A model generated the notes under the pieces. That model ran no database searches, was not told where the DNA came from, and saw only the letters and a list, made by a program, of their open reading frames with translations. From the NCBI GenBank assembly GCA_047150005.1, contig AP038806.1, forward strand, positions 1,728,001 through 1,792,000: 64,000 nt of DNA, in the 5' to 3' direction. The stretch's first letter is position 1. Each line of letters opens with the position of its first letter. This DNA is from Nitrospira sp. Lineage in GTDB: Bacteria > Nitrospirota > Nitrospiria > Nitrospirales > Nitrospiraceae. The position numbers and the translations under genes are program-made. This document shows positions 38,995-46,000 of this stretch, piece after piece.

Positions 38995-39393
38995 ATGACG
39001 TGTTGCGTCTCAGTTGAAGAAATCCGGTCCAATCCATGCTCAGCCGGTAGGCCATCGGCCAGCACAACCCGAGACTTGGTCATGGGTTGGTGCTCGACGG
39101 AACTCGAATGGGCTGCCTCCGCGGCTTGCAGCGCTCCAACTCTTCGGAGGCAGGTGACGCGGCATGTCCGTGGATATCTGGGGCTCCTATGGAGAACCGG
39201 CGCGTTGCGCGGGGAACAGCCGCGGGACGCGTTCAGCGTGGCTTGCGACATGGCGACAAGGAGCAAAGCCGATCTCCGCGAAGGCGCTCTGATCTGCCGG
39301 GTGGGGATCGCACCGGCTGGATCCACCGAGTTCGTCTTTCTCCGAATTCGAATCCGTCTGCAATCCCCTTCAACCCCGCTGGTGGCTGCCTGA
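38995..39393 (+). CDS. Stand-alone phage tail sheath C-terminal domain (possible remnant)
   Basis: YLGLLWRTGALRGEQPRDAFSVACD....DLREGALICRVGIAP...EFVFLRI matches the contractile sheath C-terminus pattern. Confidence 0.7.
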   Translation: MTCCVSVEEIRSNPCSAGRPSASTTRDLVMGWCSTELEWAASAACSAPTLRRQVTRHVRGYLGLLWRTGALRGEQPRDAFSVACDMATRSKADLREGALICRVGIAPAGSTEFVFLRIRIRLQSPSTPLVAA

Positions 39394-39417
39394 ATCGTGT
39401 GCGGGCGCTTCCTCCGG

Positions 39418-39591
39418 CTATGGAGGAGGAACTTTGGCACCCTTGCGTCTGGCTTCCGACAAGCCGATGGCGATGGCCTGCTTTCTGCTGGTGACGCGGT
39501 TGCCGCTCTTTCCGCTTTTCAACGAGCCCTTCTTGCGCTTGTGCATCGCCCGTTTCACGGACTTCCGAGCGCCCTTTCCATATCGTGCCAT
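39418..39591 (-). CDS. Small basic protein (DUF6496-like; not in ORF track)
   Basis: Manual translation MARYGKGARKSVKRAMHKRKKGSLKSGKSGNRVTSRKQAIAIGLSEARRKGAKVPPP*. Confidence 0.8.
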   Translation of the reverse strand: MARYGKGARKSVKRAMHKRKKGSLKSGKSGNRVTSRKQAIAIGLSEARRKGAKVPPP

Positions 39592-39606
39592 GGAACCACC
39601 CTGCTC

Positions 39607-39843
39607 TTAACTCGAGTGTTCTGAACAACTCTTCCTGCGGCAGCAATCGGCCTCATGGCCGGATCGTTTCAATCCGCGCGTTGGAGTGTTGTGGTGCGGC
39701 CCCCGGTCGGTCACATAGGCCTTGACTTGATCGCCGACGACCACCTTATCCATCTTCGTGCTCTTATCGACGTGGACCTTGGTTTTCTTCCCATTATTGT
39801 CCTTGATCCAATAGTCCTCACCCTCCATCCGCTTCTCGATCAC
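39607..39843 (-). pseudogene. Truncated, frameshifted remnant of a small beta-barrel exported protein
   Basis: EGEDYWIKDNNGKKTKVHVDKSTKMDKVVVGDQVKAYVTD lacks a signal peptide; the natural-looking tail TTTLQRAD* lies in another frame after a G-run. Confidence 0.45.
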
Positions 39844-39853
39844 TCATGAAGAC

Positions 39854-39899
39854 TGAATAGCATGATTCGGCGAGGCGAATGGACTGGGAAGAGCCCTGG
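39854..39899 (-). promoter_or_regulatory. CTAGGG-box promoter upstream of remnant/DUF6496 genes
   Basis: CCAGGGCTCTTCCCAG (39884-39899), 24 nt, TATTCA preceded by TGC. Confidence 0.55.
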
Positions 39900-40037
39900 A
39901 TTGCAGTGATTTCGTGTGACCTCACGTCGGCCGCACGAGTGGCCGTAGTATTGATGATGTGAGTTTGAGGCAGGGACGTGGGCGCCGGCGATGCCGACCG
40001 AGGTCGAAGGAGGGCGGGTCCGCCGTGTCCCAGAGGA

Positions 40038-43000
40038 TCAACGGGCGATGCCCGCTTCTTTTCCTGCGGGGGCGGAGAGAGTAGTCGCGGGAGGCATGCA
40101 AGAACTGAGGGGGAAACAGGGAGCGACTTCTCGTCTTACGCTTTTCTCAGTGCCTTGCACGTCCGCCCGTTCCTCGGCCAGAACGGATTGAGGAACATAG
40201 GTCGAGAATACGCTGATCATGGGAGGATCGGAAGGCTGCTGCAAATACCAGGGCACAACCGAGTCAACATTGAACGAAGGAATAATTCCACTAAATGGTC
40301 CGAGAGGATTGTTGTTCGGGGGAGGAGGACAGGCGTTGAAGCAGACCAGTCCCGGTGGGACGTTTAAGAGGATGAGAGAATTGCTCGGGAGAACCGCGCC
40401 GTTCAAGAAAGCCGATATGCCGCTGACCGCGTCTGTTGCACGTATGCTCAGCGTTCCGGGATTGACAGTGACCGTAATGGGCGCGGCTTGTGTCCCGACC
40501 ACTCCATTGAAGGCCTGAAGGGTCGAGTTGGCTCCGGCCGTGACATTGGTGCCTGCCCCTGCCGCACTGAGCACCGATCCTCCGTTTGCGATGACGTCCA
40601 CCGCCCCACCTGTACTGACCGATCCTAAGGTTACGTCCGTTCCCGCCGTATAGTTGAGATTCCCTGTGCCGCTGGTTGTCGTTGCTGCTGCCGCCATCGT
40701 GATCGGGCCTCCCGCCGTCACCGTGATGCTGTTGGCTCCCGTCGTGCTCAGGCCGGCAAGTTGCGTCACCGAGTTCACCGCAGCCAGGTTGAGGATGCTG
40801 CCGGTCGATGCCACTGCTCCACCGATGGTTAGGTCGGCGGCGTTGGCGGAAAGACTCCCAGACACCGTGGAGGCGGCGAGATCCAGTGCATTAGCATCGG
40901 TGAGCGCCACGTTATTGCCGCTGGTGATGCCCACCGTGCTGAAGTTGTTCCCGGCATTGGTCAGGGTGATGTTGTTGGCGGCGCCGGCCGCGAGCGTGGT
41001 GGTGCCGGCGACGGTCACGGCGCCCGACTGGGTGAGGGCCCCGTTGGTCGTGACGTTCAAGGTGCCGTTCACGGTGGAGGCGCCGAGATCGAGGGCGTTG
41101 CTATCGGTGAGGGCCACGTTGTTGCCGCTGGTGATGCCGACGGTGCTGAAGTTGTTGCCGGCATTGGTCAGGGTGATGGTGTTGGCGGCCCCAGCGGCGA
41201 GCGTGGTCGTGCCGGCCGCGGTGATGGCGCCGGTTTGGGTGAGCGGGCCGGTGGCGGTGATGGCGAGCGTGCCGGTGGAGGTAGCGCCGGCATTGGCGCT
41301 CACACTGCCGATGGTGACCGGGCCGGTCTCGGCCCAGGCGATGTTGCCACCGGTGAAGGTGACGGTCTCAAAACTATTGCCGGCATTCGTCAAGGTGATG
41401 TTGCCGCGGGTGCCGGCGGTGCCGCCGAGATCGGTAACGGTCAGGCTCTGGCCGACATTCAACGTGACCGGCGCACTCTGCGTCAGGTTATGGGTGGCCG
41501 TGGTGGTGCCGGTGAAGGCCGGGGCGGCGGTAGTGACCGAGACCGGGCCGCCGAACTGATTCCCGGCGTTGTTAAGCGTAATAGCCGACGGCAGCAGCGG
41601 CGGCCCCGCAAAGGTGGCGGTGGTGCCGGTGGTATTGACGGTGATGTTGCCGGTGCCGGGCAACGGCAGCGCATTGAGATTCGTATCCGCGCCTAACACA
41701 AAAGTGGACCCGCTGCCGCCGACGGAGGCCTGTGTGCCTCCGATGCGTGTCGTGCCCAGGAGGTTCACATTGCCGGCCGGCGTCAGGGTGGCATCGCCGA
41801 CGACCGTGAGGGTTTGGCCGGCTGGCAGCGTGAGATCGCCGGCGGTGGTGGCGGCGGTCAGATTGCCGCCCACCGTCGAGGTGTTGAGCGTGAGGGCCGT
41901 GCTATTCGTCAGGCTCACGGACCCTAAGGTGGCCGCCGCGGTGGTGTCGAAGTTCGCCGTGCCGGCGACGTTGAGCGCGCCGGTTTGACTGATCGCGCCG
42001 CCCGCGGTGGCCGTCAGATTGCCACTGGCCGTCAGCGCCAGCAGCGTGATCGAGGCATTATCAAACGTCAGGGTCAGGTTGCGCAGGTTAGTGAGGCCGG
42101 CCAGCGCCGGCACCGTGGCACCGGCATTCACATTGCGCAGGCCCAGATCCCGGATGTTGCTCTGGGTGCCGCCGAAGGAGACGGCACCGGTGAAATTATT
42201 CGCCTGCGTATTGAGCAGGATGTCGGCGCCGGCGACCGTCGTGGCTAAGGTGGTCGTTCCAGGGATCGTGAGGGCGCCGGTTTCGGTGATGGCGCCACCC
42301 GCGGTCACATTCAAGTTCCCGCCCGCCGTCAGCGTCAGGGCCGGGAGGGCGATCGGGGCCGTATCAAAGGTCAGGGTCAGATTGCGCAGGTTGGTGAGGC
42401 CGGCCAGCGCCGGTACGGTGGCACCGGCATTCACATTGCGCAATTGCACATCGCGGAAGTTGGCTTGGGTGCCGCCGAAGGAGACGCCGCCGGTGAAGTT
42501 ATTGGCCTGGGTGCCGAGCAGCACATCCGTATTGACCGCGATCGCGGTCGCCGTGGTGGCGCCGGTCACGGCCAGCACGCCGGACTGACTCAGGGTGCCG
42601 CCGGTGGTCACACCGAGCGTCCCGGATATCGTGGAGGCGCCGAGATCGAGGGCGTTGCTATCGGTGAGGGCCACGTTGTTGCCGCTGGTGATGCCGACGG
42701 TGCTGAAGTTGTTGCCGGCATTGGTCAGGGTGATGGTGTTGGCGGCCCCAGCGGCGAGCGTGGTCGTGCCGGCCGCGGTGATGGCGCCGGTTTGGGTGAG
42801 CGGGCCGGTGGCGGTGATGGCGAGCGTGCCGGTGGAGGTAGCGCCGGCATTGGCGCTCACACTGCCGATGGTGACCGGGCCGGTCTCGGCCCAGGCGATG
42901 TTGCCACCGGTGAAGGTGACGGTCTCAAAACTATTGCCGGCATTCGTCAAGGTGATGTTGCCGCGGGTGCCGGCGGTGCCGCCGAGATCGGTAACGGTCA

Positions 43001-46000
43001 GGCTCTGGCCGACATTCAACGTGACCGGCGCACTCTGCGTCAGGTTATGGGTGGCCGTGGTGGTGCCGGTGAAGGCCGGGGCGGCGGTAGTGACCGAGAC
43101 CGGGCCGCCGAACTGATTCCCGGCGTTGTTAAGCGTAATAGCCGACGGCAGCAGCGGCGGCCCCGCAAAGGTGGCGGTGGTGCCGGTGGTATTGACGGTG
43201 ATGTTGCCGGTGCCGGGCAACGGCAGCGCATTGAGATTCGTATCCGCGCCTAACACAAAAGTGGACCCGCTGCCGCCGACGGAGGCCTGTGTGCCTCCGA
43301 TGCGTGTCGTGCCCAGGAGGTTCACATTGCCGGCCGGCGTCAGGGTGGCATCGCCGACGACCGTGAGGGTTTGGCCGGCTGGCAGCGTGAGATCGCCGGC
43401 GGTGGTGGCGGCGGTCAGATTGCCGCCCACCGTCGAGGTGTTGAGCGTGAGGGCCGTGCTATTCGTCAGGCTCACGGACCCTAAGGTGGCCGCCGCGGTG
43501 GTGTCGAAGTTCGCCGTGCCGGCGACGTTGAGCGCGCCGGTTTGACTGATCGCGCCGCCCGCGGTCACGGTCAGCGCGCCGGACACGGTCGAGGCAGCCA
43601 GGTTCAGCGCGTTGCTATCGGTGAGGGCCACGTTATTGCCGCTGGTGATGCCGACGGTGCTGAAGTTGTTGCCGGCATTATTCAAGGTGATGTTGTTGGC
43701 GGCCCCGGCCGCCAGGGTGGTGATGCCGGCGACGGTCACGGCGCCCGACTGGGTGAGGGCCCCATTGGTCGTGACGCTCAAGGTGCCGCTGATCGTCGAG
43801 GCCCCGAGATCGAGGGCGTTGCTATCGGTGAGGGCCACGTTATTGCCGCTGGTGATGCCGACGGTGCTGAAGTTGTTGCCGGCATTATTCAGGGTGATGT
43901 TGTTGGCGGTCCCGGCGGCGAGCGTGGTCGTGCCGGCGACGGTCACGGCGCCCGACTGGGTGAGGGCCCCATTGGTCGTGACGTTCAAGGTGCCGCTGAT
44001 GGTGGAGGCGCCGAGATCCAAGGCGTTAATGTCGTTGAGCGTGACGTTGTTGCCGCTCACGACGGAGACGGTGGCGAAGTTGTTCGCATTATCGAGCGTG
44101 ATGTTGTTCGCGCCGGCCGTCAGGGTGGTGGTGCCGGGGACAACGAGATTGCCGGTTTCGGTGATGGCGCCACCCGCGGTCACATTCAAGTTCCCGCCCG
44201 CCGTCAGCGTCAGGGCCGGGAGGGCGATCGGGGCCGTATCAAAGGTCAGGGTCAGATTGCGCAGGTTGGTGAGGCCGGCCAGCGCCGGTACGGTGGCACC
44301 GGCATTCACATTGCGCAATTGCACATCGCGGAAGTTGGCTTGGGTGCCGCCGAAGGAGACGCCGCCGGTGAAGTTATTGGCCTGGGTGCCGAGCAGCACA
44401 TCCGTATTGACCGCGGTCGCGGTCGCCGTGGTGGCGCCGGTCACGGCCAGCACGCCGGACTGACTCAGGGTGCCGCCGGTGGTCACACCGAACGTCCCGG
44501 ATATCGTGGAGGCGCCGAGATCGAGGGCGTTGCTATCGGTGAGCGCCACGTTATTGCCGCTGATGATGCCGACGGTGGAGAAGTTGTTGGCCGCATTGGT
44601 CAGGGTGATGGTGTTGGCGGCGCCGGCCGCGAGCGTGGTGGTGCCGGCGACGGTCACGGCCCCGCTCTGGGTGAGCGCGCCGTTGGTAGTCACGTTCAAA
44701 GTGCCACTGACGGTGGAGGCGCCGAGATCGAGGGCGTTGCTATCGGTGAGGGCGACGTTGTTGCCGCTGGTGATTCCGACGGTGCTGAAGGTGTTGCCGG
44801 CGTTATTCAGGGTGATGTTGTTGGCGGCGCCGGCCGCGAGGGTCGTGGTCCCCGTGACGTTCAATGCCCCAGATTGCGTGATCGCACCCCCACTCGTAAC
44901 ACCCAAGGTGCCGCTGATGGTGGAGGCGCCGAGATCGAGGGCGTTGCTATCGGTGAGCGTGACGTTGTTGCCGCTCACGACGGAGACGGTGGCGAAGTTG
45001 TTCGCATTATCGAGCGTGATGTTGTTCGCGCCGGCCGTCAGGGTGGTGGTGCCGGGGACAACGAGATTGCCGGTGTCGGTGATCGCACCGCCCGCCGTCA
45101 CGGTCAAGTTGCCACCGGCGGTCAAAGTTGTGGCAGGTAGGGTGATCGCCGCATTATCGAACTGCAAGGTGAGATTGCGCAAATTCGTGAGGCCGGCGAG
45201 GACCGGCACCGTCGCGCCCGCGTTCACATTCCGGAGCGAGACGTCGCGGAAGTTGGCTTGCGTCCCGCCGAACGCGAGCGCCCCGCCGAAGTTATTCGCC
45301 TGCGTGCCGAGCAGCACATCCGTGTTCGCTGCCGTTGCGGAAAATTGTGTCGTCCCGGTGACGGCAAGTGCGCCACTTTGTGTTAGAGCCCCGCCGATCG
45401 TGAGGACAAGGTTGCCACTCACTGTGGAGGCGGCGAGATCCAGGGCAGTCGCATCGGTGAGCGCCACGTTACTGCCGCTGATGATGCCGACGGTGGAGAA
45501 GTTGTTCCCGGCATTGGTCAGGGTGATGGTGTTGGCGGCGCCGGCCGCGAGCGTGGTCGTGCCCGAGACGTTCAGGGCCCCTGTTTGCGTGACCCCTCCG
45601 ACCGCAGTGACGTTGAGCGAGCCCGAGACGGTCGAAGGGCCGAGCACCACAGCATTGACATCGTTGAGGGTGACGTTGTTGCCGCTGACGACGGAGACGG
45701 CGCCGGTGAAGTTGTTCGCATTGTCGAGCGTGACGTTGTTCGCCCCGGCCGTGAGTGTCGTCGTCCCCGGGATGATGATGTTCCCGCTGTCCGTGATGGG
45801 GCCACCGGCCGTGACGTTCAGACTACCCCCCGCCGCGAGCGTGAGGGCCGGCAGTGCAACGGCCGCGTTATCGAATTGAAGAGCGAGATTCCGCAAGGCA
45901 GTCAGACCTGCGAGAGCCGGAACGGTCGCCCCTGCGTTGACATTACGAATGGACAGGTCCCGGAAATTACCCAGCGTGCCGGCAAATGAAAGCGCTCCGC

